64,000 bases of DNA from Wickerhamiella versatilis. Lineage: Eukaryota. Both the position numbers and the translations under genes were made by a program. The first letter of the stretch is position 1; every line of letters begins with the position of its first letter. The stretch covers positions 558,001 to 622,000 of the forward strand of contig JAQOWU010000003.1 in NCBI GenBank assembly GCA_030867685.1, read 5' to 3'. The notes beneath the pieces were generated by a model. It made no database searches. It worked only from the letters and a program-made list of their open reading frames with translations, and was not told the origin of the DNA. Positions 42,700 to 52,145 of this stretch are shown here, one piece after another.

Positions 42700-43815
42700 A
42701 TGAGCCATCCGCCAGTAAATAAGCGGGCAAGCTATAACCGCGCTAGCAGTGGCAGTTATCGCGTTCCATATAGTAGAACACAATACCTTGCTCCGTGGCA
42801 GACTCAGGGTTTTGCCCCGCCACCTGAGAGAAAACGGCGGCCTCTGGTTCGATACGACAGCAGCAGTCCTTTGTTTGCTGGTGCATGGACAATGAATGAT
42901 CATGGACACTTTCTTGCGCTTGCCACGGTTAACGAAGCTGCTAATAACTGTGTCCATATAGTGAGTGGACAGGGTCCGGTGCCACAGCTTCGTGGAACCG
43001 CCGACGCACTGGTGACCCTGCCCCAAACAAAAGTTGCGTGGGATCCCCTTGGTATCTCGAGTTCTGGCCTGCGGCTGCTAAGTACTGGGGACTGCCTGCG
43101 TCTGTGGAACCTAAATTTGCAAACGGGCAATGTGGATGCATTATGCCCGCTTGTCAAAAAATCAAAAAACAGCACGGGCCCAGCGGCCCCACTAACCAGC
43201 TTTGATTGGTCCTCGGCGGACAACACGGTCGCCATAACGTCAAGCATCGATACTACCTGTACGTTATGGGACTTGGAGTCCCAGAGTGTCAGGATGCATC
43301 TTATAGCTCACGATAGTGATGTCTACGATGTAGCATTTTTGCAAAACACCCCGAACTTGTTCGTGAGTGCTGGTGCTGATGGATCTGCCCGGCTTTTTGA
43401 CCTCCGGTCATTGGATAGCTCAACATTCATACGGGACCCCCAGCCTACGCCGCTCCTGCGCATTGCAACTAGTCCTGGGGACTCAAATATGCTTGCTGCG
43501 ATCGGGTTGGATAGACCAGAAGTGTTTGTTATAGATATACGTGCTCCTTGGAAACCATTGGCCCTTCTTGAAGCCCATCAGGCTCCAGTGAATAGCATTG
43601 CTTGGGCACCACCAGACAGAGCAGGTCGGAACGTTCTTGCATCAGGCGGGGATGATTGTCAAGTTCTGGTTTGGGATCTAATGCGACAAGAAACCCCACC
43701 ATTAATAGGAAACATAACAGACCAAGGTCAAGTCAATGGAGTGATGTGGTCGCCTGACGGAAATTGGGTAGGTTCGATCTCGGGACGTTCAATGCAAGGC
43801 TTAGCCTTTAGATGA
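42700..43815 (+). CDS. WD40 scaffold, DCAF7/WDR68/AN11 family (YPL247C-like)
   Basis: APLTSFDW, TSSIDTTCTLWD, LIAHDSDVYDV, ADGSARLFDLRSL, SGGDDCQVLVWD. Confidence 0.9.
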   Translation: MSHPPVNKRASYNRASSGSYRVPYSRTQYLAPWQTQGFAPPPERKRRPLVRYDSSSPLFAGAWTMNDHGHFLALATVNEAANNCVHIVSGQGPVPQLRGTADALVTLPQTKVAWDPLGISSSGLRLLSTGDCLRLWNLNLQTGNVDALCPLVKKSKNSTGPAAPLTSFDWSSADNTVAITSSIDTTCTLWDLESQSVRMHLIAHDSDVYDVAFLQNTPNLFVSAGADGSARLFDLRSLDSSTFIRDPQPTPLLRIATSPGDSNMLAAIGLDRPEVFVIDIRAPWKPLALLEAHQAPVNSIAWAPPDRAGRNVLASGGDDCQVLVWDLMRQETPPLIGNITDQGQVNGVMWSPDGNWVGSISGRSMQGLAFR

Positions 43816-44278
43816 GAAATGACTTTGCATGCAGAGCTACCTTTTATGAAGGTTCAAAAGATTTTTTTTATGAATGATGTGCTATAGAAAAACCGACATA
43901 GTTTATATATATTTTTGCAGGTACACATTTGTTGTAAGAAAGAAAAATAAAGAAATAGATAAATAAGGCGTATTTCATGGGCAATAAGAGTGATAGTGCA
44001 ATGAAGTTCTCTGGGTAATAATTGCACGACATGTCGTTGTTACGCTGCACATTAATTAAGCCAAATTGTGTATCCCGATAAGGCAGCATAACTGCCAGAG
44101 ATGTATAAGCACCGGACTTACGTTGCCGTGGCATAAACAGATATAAATGATAATCTAATGTGGAAAATAAGTAAATGAACGAATAAATAATAGTCTGAGG
44201 TATAATTACCATAAATCAGACAGACTGGTATCTAAAGTGCCTAGCAAGCTCCGTGACTAATCACTAAGTGATTGAGCG

Positions 44279-44287
44279 GGTGGCAAA
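44279..44287 (+). promoter_or_regulatory. PACE (Rpn4 site) GGTGGCAAA
   Basis: Exact match 6 nt upstream of the Spg5-like ATG. Confidence 0.5.
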
Positions 44288-44293
44288 GAGACA

Positions 44294-45241
44294 ATGCCGA
44301 ATGCAGCAGAACTCTTACGTCGTTCTGCTGAGTACGCACGTAAGGCGGTCAATGATGTCGTGGGATTGATGTGGAGGCAGCCACAGCCTGCCCTAGAGCC
44401 GGCTTATTCTCGCTACCGGCCGCGGGGTCGGGCCCCGCGCCTGCGGTCGCCTGCAAGCCATCAGAGACATTATAGCACCATGCAAACACGCTCTATAACA
44501 AGGCAGCGGCCAAGATGCGTTGTTATGTGTCCTGGAATCGTCCGGAATTTCTCTCTCGTTGCCGGATCTCAGGTTAGTATTAATGGATGGAAGACCCGGT
44601 CACGCTCAAGCAATTCTGTCAGGACAGGGTTGACATTGTTCCAACACAAATCCCCATACGGAGTCTTGAGGACAGCGTTGGTTAGAAATGCTTCCCAGCT
44701 GTCCCTTATGGGACAAGAGGTGCGACGACGCCTAGGTGAGTTGGCCACTTTCAGATATCCATTGTCCCTGCCCATGGCAGATACTCTGGCTGATGACATT
44801 AGAAGGGGTCCGGCGCTGGTGCCAACCACCACAGTTGCTGTAGAATTTGATTTCGAACCGCAATTACTGTTACCGTTGGTTGCGGAGCTCAACGAGTCCA
44901 CGTTAGACGCGGTGAAATCTGCGTTACGAACAAGTATGGCCCGACTCAGTGGGGCCGCTTCGGATATTCAGAAATTGGCTCAGTTTGGTGAGCTGCCTAT
45001 CTCTGCGCATGGCAATAAGGTCCGAGTTCACTTCCCCAATTGTGATACGGAGAAGGTCAAGCTACTTCTATGCGACCAGGGAGTTCTCTGTGGGAGGGTA
45101 ATTGAAATCCTTGGTGCCGCACCGGGTGGGGTTCCACCTGTAGACATGCAACCCGATATGGATGGTGATGAGAGTCCTGGACTCTCCTTCAGTGATAGCT
45201 CAGTCCCATCCTCCGCGTCCCAAGCCTTGACTTGGAATTGA
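44294..45241 (+). CDS. Conserved fungal protein, probably Spg5-like (quiescence proteasome assembly factor)
   Basis: C-terminal block VEFDF...DIQKLAQFGELPI...VRVHFPNCD...GV..G recalled as the Spg5-family pattern; PACE site upstream. Confidence 0.55.
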   Translation: MPNAAELLRRSAEYARKAVNDVVGLMWRQPQPALEPAYSRYRPRGRAPRLRSPASHQRHYSTMQTRSITRQRPRCVVMCPGIVRNFSLVAGSQVSINGWKTRSRSSNSVRTGLTLFQHKSPYGVLRTALVRNASQLSLMGQEVRRRLGELATFRYPLSLPMADTLADDIRRGPALVPTTTVAVEFDFEPQLLLPLVAELNESTLDAVKSALRTSMARLSGAASDIQKLAQFGELPISAHGNKVRVHFPNCDTEKVKLLLCDQGVLCGRVIEILGAAPGGVPPVDMQPDMDGDESPGLSFSDSSVPSSASQALTWN

Positions 45242-45617
45242 ATTTGTGATGCCTGATTGACGCCTTACGATGCAATGCTTGCATTACGCTGTTTATGAAT
45301 GATGTAACTCTTAGATGTGGCTCTATAGACCCCCCTCTCTTGTAATAATATGTTGATAAAGACTTAAGTGCCGCTTTTTGTTGGCTATAGGATCGTCGTG
45401 GGACAGGGTTAGGTGTATTTGCTTTATCCTTCGATAAATCCCTCCCCCACAATGAAGCCAATCTCAACGCCAGGGTCAATTGAGGGCCATGCTCCAAGAT
45501 GTATTTACAGGGCCTTGCAAAGAGATTAGTTCCTTCGCATGCATCCTTAGACTTGGAGGGTTAGGGTGTATATTTGTCCGTGAGGGTTGCCACCTCCCAA
45601 TTAATCTCTCTTCCTTG

Positions 45618-47096
45618 ATGCGCCCGCTAACCCCTGAAGGCATTGAGACGCCTGAGGATTATGATATTTTAAGTGCTACATCGGACATTGATGGCTCAGA
45701 TAACGAGGTAATATTCCGGGGCATTGGTCCTGACATTGGAGAGGGTGGCGCGAGCTTCCAGATGCCGCACTTACCGTCCCTCGATTCTGGTATTGCTACC
45801 ACGAGTTTAACAATTGACCCGCCTTTGTCCTCTGAAGCTTATGCGCGAATTGTTCCTGCGTTAGACGAATCGCACATAGCCGAAACCTGCCTTAGGTTTC
45901 CTGCCGCAGCCAATGCTGTGCCTATTGGCCCTGTAGACTTCGAATTGCTTGGAGCTACCCAGGATACCGCTCAGCTTGTTTACAGCCAGATAGCAGCTAA
46001 GCTGCCGCTTTCTGGACGCCTTGATCGTTGCCGTCTTCTTTGGGAGGACAAACAATTTGTACCGGGAAGCGGCTTAGCCGCAGTGACTGGTACGCCCAAC
46101 AAGCGGCGTATAAGGTTATGCTATCACGGGCTAACAGGCATCAATCCGAAGGCTCGTGGCCCAGATCCTATTATACCTCTGGCTCACGACATTGTGGATT
46201 CGCGATCCTCCCAGTACCGGCGTATTATATCCAGCTCTGATGCCCCACTCGTAGAGATTTTGCATGCAGATACCATGGAGGTGGCTGCAGTACCTATCCC
46301 TGCTGATTCGCTCTCAGACATTCCGCTCGCAGCCTTAATCAATGTACGTGGAGAGCCTGTGCCTCTTCGGGACCTCGAGGTTGAGTCGGGTTCAGAAGCC
46401 TCTCTGAACTTTGGGCGGAGATCCTGGATGCTTCTCCTCTTGTCTTTCCTGCTAGCATCGTGTGCACTGGGGTACAGGCTCGTCATGCATAATCCTTTAC
46501 AATCCACCACCACAACTACCAGTGTCAGCCAACCTCTTGAAGTGACTGGTGCATTACAGCCGACTCCGGTATCGCCCGGGAATGAAATTGTTCAGGGCCT
46601 TAGGCTTGTTGGGGATGGAGTTATTGGCTCCAGCACTGCGGTGATGCTGGGTGTAGAGCGTGGCATCAACTTCATACTTGAAAGACTCGGAGAGGCTGCT
46701 CATGTCTCGCATGTGAGTGTATGCAATGTGATTTCTCAGATGATGGCGTGCCATAGAGGGCCAGGCGTTAAACAATGCATCCTTGATCATGACGAACTGA
46801 TAGTCGCACGCGATTATATGAAAGACGACTGCGCTTTTTTCGAGGACTCTCTAAGTCAATGGGCCCATAAGGGGAGAGAACAGGCCATTGAAGCGGCGAG
46901 ATGGATACGGGACAATGCTGCGGTTGGTTCTGATTACACACAGAAACATGCTGCTACATGGGCGCAACTAGCGAAGGATTCGCTGCTCAAGGTCAGACGA
47001 ACTTCTCTGGATACTTTAAATTGGGTTTACCACTCATATGCACTAAATCATCAGCATGCGGGCGACGACGCATCTGACGTAACATGGCATCCGTAA
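45618..47096 (+). CDS. Uncharacterised single-pass membrane protein (about 492 aa)
   Basis: Long ORF, acidic N-terminus, one TM helix (WMLLLLSFLLASCALGY); start uncertain (ATG 45489 also in frame). Confidence 0.7.
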   Translation: MRPLTPEGIETPEDYDILSATSDIDGSDNEVIFRGIGPDIGEGGASFQMPHLPSLDSGIATTSLTIDPPLSSEAYARIVPALDESHIAETCLRFPAAANAVPIGPVDFELLGATQDTAQLVYSQIAAKLPLSGRLDRCRLLWEDKQFVPGSGLAAVTGTPNKRRIRLCYHGLTGINPKARGPDPIIPLAHDIVDSRSSQYRRIISSSDAPLVEILHADTMEVAAVPIPADSLSDIPLAALINVRGEPVPLRDLEVESGSEASLNFGRRSWMLLLLSFLLASCALGYRLVMHNPLQSTTTTTSVSQPLEVTGALQPTPVSPGNEIVQGLRLVGDGVIGSSTAVMLGVERGINFILERLGEAAHVSHVSVCNVISQMMACHRGPGVKQCILDHDELIVARDYMKDDCAFFEDSLSQWAHKGREQAIEAARWIRDNAAVGSDYTQKHAATWAQLAKDSLLKVRRTSLDTLNWVYHSYALNHQHAGDDASDVTWHP

Positions 47097-47767
47097 TCAA
47101 GAATACTCGGAAAGTCTTGTGCATAGGGCGTAACTACGCGGATCACGCCACTGAATTAGGCAACGCTATACCCAAGCAACCTCTGTTTTTTCTGAAGCCA
47201 CCATCTTCGGCTTTGCTCCCAGGAAAAGGCCCTATCCTTCGTCCTCTTGGAACAAAGCTGCATTATGAGCTTGAGCTTGCCTGCATAGTCGGTCAGCGTC
47301 TCAGCAATCTTAGCGCTCCACCAAGTCTCGATGCCATATCTGGTTACTTGCTAGCTCTTGATCTTACAGCACGCAATGTACAGAATGAGGCTAAGAGTAA
47401 GGGGTTGCCGTGGACTGTGGCAAAAGGCTTTGACACTTTTCTGCCAATTTCTGAATATGTTTCGACTGAGAGCCTACCGGACCCCCATGATGCTCATTTG
47501 GAACTTATAATCAATGGGGCTGTACGCCAATCGGACTCAACGAGCTTAATGCTGTTTCAGATCCCTCAAATCCTTCAGTTTGTATCGACGGTAATGACAT
47601 TAGAGCCCGGTGATATAATACTCACTGGTACTCCAAAGGGAGTAGGGGAGATCAAGCCAGGGGATGAGCTGAAAGGTACTCTGCGCAATACACAGAGAGA
47701 CGTAGTGGCAACTCTGGAGGTTGGCGTGGCCGACCGACCAGGCCCTTACATGTTCCATGATGCTTGA
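47084..47767 (+). CDS. Fumarylacetoacetate-hydrolase family protein (FAHD1/Fmp41-like)
   Basis: CIGRNYADH, FFLKP, HYELEL, DLTARN, KGFDTF, GDIILTGTPKGVG. Confidence 0.93.
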   Translation: MASVIKNTRKVLCIGRNYADHATELGNAIPKQPLFFLKPPSSALLPGKGPILRPLGTKLHYELELACIVGQRLSNLSAPPSLDAISGYLLALDLTARNVQNEAKSKGLPWTVAKGFDTFLPISEYVSTESLPDPHDAHLELIINGAVRQSDSTSLMLFQIPQILQFVSTVMTLEPGDIILTGTPKGVGEIKPGDELKGTLRNTQRDVVATLEVGVADRPGPYMFHDA

Positions 47768-47925
47768 TATGCTTGTTTTAGTTGTTTATTTTTTATTCTA
47801 TTTTAAGCTCTCTATTCAACCTCATTTTCAAACAGTTAATTTCTAAAACAGACCAGCCCAGACTCTAGGGATAAATTTCTCTTGCTGGGGTACGTAAACA
47901 TGGAATAAGAGCCACATTCAAAAAC

Positions 47926-48807
47926 ATGGTAGAACTTAGCGACTACCGCCGCCTAGAAAAAGTAGGTGAAGGAACATATGGGGTTGTGTATAAGGCTGAA
48001 GATACGCAGTGTAATAACAGGCTGGTAGCTCTGAAGAAAATTCGGCTTGAAGCTGAGGATGAAGGGGTACCTTCCACGGCTGTGCGTGAAATATCCTTGC
48101 TGAAAGAAATGCGGGATAGTAATGTTGTTGCTTTGTATAATATTGTACATTCAACGGGACAGAAGCTGTATCTTGTGTTTGAATATCTTGACATGGATTT
48201 AAGAAAATACATGGAATCCATTCCACGAGATCAAGATCTCGGGGCGGATATCGTGCGAAAATTTATGGCACAGCTAGTTAAAGGTACGAGGTACTGTCAT
48301 GCCCACCGTATCCTACATCGTGATCTCAAGCCGCAGAATTTGCTCATCGATAAGGAGGGTAACTTGAAGCTAGCCGATTTTGGTTTGGCACGTGCATTCG
48401 GGGTGCCACTGCGTAAATATACCCATGAAGTGGTCACCCTGTGGTATCGTGCACCCGAAATTCTGCTTGGTGTACGGCAATATTCCACCGGTGTTGATAT
48501 GTGGAGTATTGGTGCAATTTTTGCGGAAATGGTTAATCGACAGCCACTTTTCCCAGGTGACTCCGAAATCGATCAAATTTTTAAAATATTCAGAGTTTGT
48601 GGAACTCCAAATGAGCTCGTGTGGCCAGGTGTTACGTCGCTTCCTGATTTTAAAACAACTTGGCCCCAATGGAGCCGTCGCCCTCTCAGTCAGGTAGTTC
48701 CGAAGCTTGACGAATATGGAATTGATCTACTAGATAGACTGCTCACATATGATCCGGTCAATCGCATTAGTGCAAAGCGCGCAGCTGAGCACCCATACTT
48801 TCTTTAA
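47926..48807 (+). CDS. CDC28: Cyclin-dependent kinase Cdk1
   Basis: [48 protein letters not shown]. Confidence 0.96.
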   Translation: MVELSDYRRLEKVGEGTYGVVYKAEDTQCNNRLVALKKIRLEAEDEGVPSTAVREISLLKEMRDSNVVALYNIVHSTGQKLYLVFEYLDMDLRKYMESIPRDQDLGADIVRKFMAQLVKGTRYCHAHRILHRDLKPQNLLIDKEGNLKLADFGLARAFGVPLRKYTHEVVTLWYRAPEILLGVRQYSTGVDMWSIGAIFAEMVNRQPLFPGDSEIDQIFKIFRVCGTPNELVWPGVTSLPDFKTTWPQWSRRPLSQVVPKLDEYGIDLLDRLLTYDPVNRISAKRAAEHPYFL

Positions 48808-49056
48808 TCATATTAGCACTCCCTCTTTGAGGAAAAGATTGTGCCCTTATCTATAAGTAAATACCCGCTAACATTGTTAAGATAATTACGCTTCTCATCA
48901 CTATGAAAGTTGTAGAAGTTGTCATGATCTCGATTCACTTATTCGTATATTACACATATCTATAGGTCTTTGAGGTTTTAAGGTGCGACGTCATGCACCG
49001 TAAATCAAAGGCTAGATTACACCGCATATAAAACGGAACAAAAATAATCAATTGTG

Positions 49057-50007
49057 CTAGCTGAGGTGACAAGGTGGAGCTACATATTGTCGAAGTCTCA
49101 CTCCTGCAGATTGGAACACCTTTGCTGATTCGGAATCCATGGAATATGCCTGACTATAGACAACCTCCGATATACCCGTCTGAACAATCTTTATGGAACA
49201 GGTTAAACACGGACACGTATTGCAATAGATAGTGGCCTCTCTACCAACCCTTTCGCGACCAGCTTCAAGTAATGCGTTTTCCTCCGCGTGAAGGCATAAA
49301 CAAGTTGTAAGGGAAGCTCCTTGGGCAGTTCCAGAATTACAGCGGGAGCACCCTCCATCATTACAATTAACCAGACCTCGTGGTGTTCCGTTATAGCCTG
49401 TTGAAATAATGCGACGATCCCTGACAAGGACACAACCCACTCGCCGCTTCATGCAATTAGAGCGCAAAGCAGCTAGATCTGCAAGATGCATAAAATAGGA
49501 GTCCCAGGAAGGTCTGACCCGTTCCTGGTTAAGGATATTAAGGGCATCCAGCGCTGTATGTAACTCAGGAATGGTCTCGAATATGTTGACCAGTGTTATA
49601 TGGGCACTTCTAGACGCATTATAAAGGCCACAGTGGAAATTTACAACATCATTGAGTTCTACAAACTGCTTGAGGCTGACGCTCTCGTCTCTTCGTTGCC
49701 ATCTGGTCAACAGAGGCGCATCTAGGTGGAGATGGACAAAAAAAGGCCGCCTTTTCAAAACATCCAACAGAGCCTTCGAGTCAATCAATACAGCAAAGTC
49801 TTTCCGCCAATTTCCTGTGGCATAATCAAGAAGATCGTCTGCAGATGAGAAGATATCAGCATCTTGATTGGGTGGATCGCTAGAAAGCGATGGTCGCGTT
49901 TGCTCTCTTTCACTGATCCTAAACAGTTGAAAACCTTTATTTTGGCAGAAATAAGTAGCCACTTCGCGTCTTCCACTGCTGAGAGATCCCGTGATACCAA
50001 CCAGCAT
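49057..50007 (-). CDS. DCD1: dCMP deaminase
   Basis: RPSWDSYFM, RSNCMKRRVG, TGYNGTP, HAEENA, PCLTC. Confidence 0.95.
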   Translation of the reverse strand: MLVGITGSLSSGRREVATYFCQNKGFQLFRISEREQTRPSLSSDPPNQDADIFSSADDLLDYATGNWRKDFAVLIDSKALLDVLKRRPFFVHLHLDAPLLTRWQRRDESVSLKQFVELNDVVNFHCGLYNASRSAHITLVNIFETIPELHTALDALNILNQERVRPSWDSYFMHLADLAALRSNCMKRRVGCVLVRDRRIISTGYNGTPRGLVNCNDGGCSRCNSGTAQGASLTTCLCLHAEENALLEAGRERVGREATIYCNTCPCLTCSIKIVQTGISEVVYSQAYSMDSESAKVFQSAGVRLRQYVAPPCHLS

Positions 50008-50109
50008 ACAGAACTGTTTACATAATCATAGGGTACAGGGCTATCAGAACTCACACTCATCCGGGACTACCTCTAAGTACGTCGCTGTACTAGCGATTCT
50101 CATCGAGAG

Positions 50110-50496
50110 ATGGTCAAGACTAACCCATATCTGTCGAGCTCTCGCCGGAAGTCACGGAAGGCTCACTTCCAGGCCCCTTCTCATGTGCGCCGTGTTATTA
50201 TGTCGGCACCTCTGTCCAAGGAGCTTCGGGAGAAGTACCAAGTTCGTAGCCTGCCCATCCGTAGGGACGACACTGTGAAGGTTGCCCGTGGATCTCACAA
50301 GGGTCACGAGGGAAAGGTTGGCCAGGTTTACCGTCTCAAGTTTGCCGTTCAGATCGAAAAGCTTGTGCGTGAAAAGAAGACCGGCCAGAGCGTTCCATTG
50401 AACCTCGACGCATCAAACCTTGTTATCACTAGCCTCAAGCTGGACAAGCACCGCAAGGACCTTATTGGCCGTAAGAGCGGTGTCGAAGTGGAGTAA
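50110..50496 (+). CDS. RPL26: 60S ribosomal protein L26 (uL24), intronless
   Basis: [29 protein letters not shown] region. Confidence 0.97.
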   Translation: MVKTNPYLSSSRRKSRKAHFQAPSHVRRVIMSAPLSKELREKYQVRSLPIRRDDTVKVARGSHKGHEGKVGQVYRLKFAVQIEKLVREKKTGQSVPLNLDASNLVITSLKLDKHRKDLIGRKSGVEVE

Positions 50497-50800
50497 TTGA
50501 TGCAGTGTAGCTCGGCTATGTAAAAAAAACTGCTATCCCATTTATATAAATCTAAGCTCTATATCAGAGTTACCTTTGTCCACTGAAACATGTAGTTGGT
50601 AAATTCTATTCCATGCTAATGCGACATTGGTGGCATAGTATAGTTGGCTAGTAGGTAACGATCACATTATCGAACTGTTTGAGGTTGTATAATAATACTG
50701 CAGAAAAAAACAATTTTTTAAGGAGGCTATATATCAGAGATATTTAAAATAGATTAATATCACTGTGATTGTGTAATGCTACTATGCCACTTTTTGGGGC

Positions 50801-51928
50801 TCACTTTTCAATTCCTTTAAATGCCGCCTTAGGAATAGGCAGTGGCCCACCAGGAGAACGCTTATTACGATCTGTCAGTACTTCAACTCCTGTGTCAGTA
50901 ACAAGGAGTGTGTGCTCAAATTGAGCACTGCGTTTTCCGTCTGCCGTCACGGCTGTCCAATTATCAGGCCAAGTCTTATCCCGATATGAACCGAGACAAA
51001 GCATTGGCTCGATTGTGAATATCATGCCTGGCCTACAAATACCAGGTGCTTTATTATGAGCGTAATGTGGAACATTAGGTGCACAGTGGAATAGCTCACC
51101 CACACCGTGACCTGTATATGTTCGTACAACGGACAACCCGTGTTCCTTGGCCACTCTTTCGATCTCATTTCCAAAGTTACGAACAAGAGCGCCTGGCTTG
51201 ACTAGAGCAATGGCTGCATCTAGCGCCTTCCGCGTACCCTCAACAAGTCTAACATTATCCAAATCATGCCGAGCCTTGTCGCCGACGTAGTATGTATGAT
51301 TCATATCACTGTGAACACCATCCTTATAAAGGGTAACATCGATATTCACAATATCTCCATCCTCAAGCTTACGCTTATCCGGAATACCGTGGCAGATTAC
51401 TTCGTTTACTGATGTGCACACGCTTTTCGGGAACCAATAATAGTTCAAAGGACTGGGATAAGCATTACGATCCATGCAGGCGTTATGCACTATGGCATCT
51501 ATTTCGTCCGTAGTTATACCCGGGCGGATAGCACGACCAGCTATATCAGTAACTTCACGTGCAAGTCTTGAAACATGCCTGACCTTCTCTATGGTTTCTG
51601 GAGAACAAATGGGGATCTGAGATGATCTCGATCTTTGCTCCAACCGAGGCTCACCATCATCAGCATAATCCGGCTTGACCACAGAAGACTTAACTGGTCG
51701 ACGTGGGGTAAGTGGGTAGACTGCGTGGACGCTACCTGTATAGACCCGTTCCGGAAATGGTTCATACGCGTCTCCCGTTTCCGGCGGATGAATTGTCTTA
51801 TGTGCAGCCCAATTACGCCTAAAACAGGTTTGGCTGCAGAATACAGTTTCCATGTTGTGCTTAAGACAAGTTGGGCATTTTAAGGAGCCGGCGGGATTAG
51901 AGCAGTCCTGACCTGCACAGACTGACAT
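50801..51928 (-). CDS. MAP1: Methionine aminopeptidase 1
   Basis: N-terminal C6H2 finger (CPTC..FCSQTCF..W..HK..H), SVNEVICHGIPD, GHGVG, FTIEPM, SAQFEHT. Confidence 0.96.
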   Translation of the reverse strand: MSVCAGQDCSNPAGSLKCPTCLKHNMETVFCSQTCFRRNWAAHKTIHPPETGDAYEPFPERVYTGSVHAVYPLTPRRPVKSSVVKPDYADDGEPRLEQRSRSSQIPICSPETIEKVRHVSRLAREVTDIAGRAIRPGITTDEIDAIVHNACMDRNAYPSPLNYYWFPKSVCTSVNEVICHGIPDKRKLEDGDIVNIDVTLYKDGVHSDMNHTYYVGDKARHDLDNVRLVEGTRKALDAAIALVKPGALVRNFGNEIERVAKEHGLSVVRTYTGHGVGELFHCAPNVPHYAHNKAPGICRPGMIFTIEPMLCLGSYRDKTWPDNWTAVTADGKRSAQFEHTLLVTDTGVEVLTDRNKRSPGGPLPIPKAAFKGIEK

Positions 51929-52145
51929 TGAATTTTTACTCTTAGTCATCAACCAGTGGAATCCAAATTTCACTGATACTGGAAGCACAACCTGAGAGTT
52001 TAATAGGTGTAAACAAGTAGGATTATTTTTAATACAAAGGCCAAAAACTCGATGTTTTTACATTACCATTCGTAACCACAGATATTACCCTGCGAGGTTC
52101 TGGGACAGAAGTCTTACTACGTCGCTTAATAAGTTACATTTTTTC

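Noticed and set aside
48031..48441. Alternative yeast CUG code (Ser or Ala)
   Set aside because: CTG encodes invariant Leu in CDC28 (ALKK at 48031, VVTLWY at 48439)
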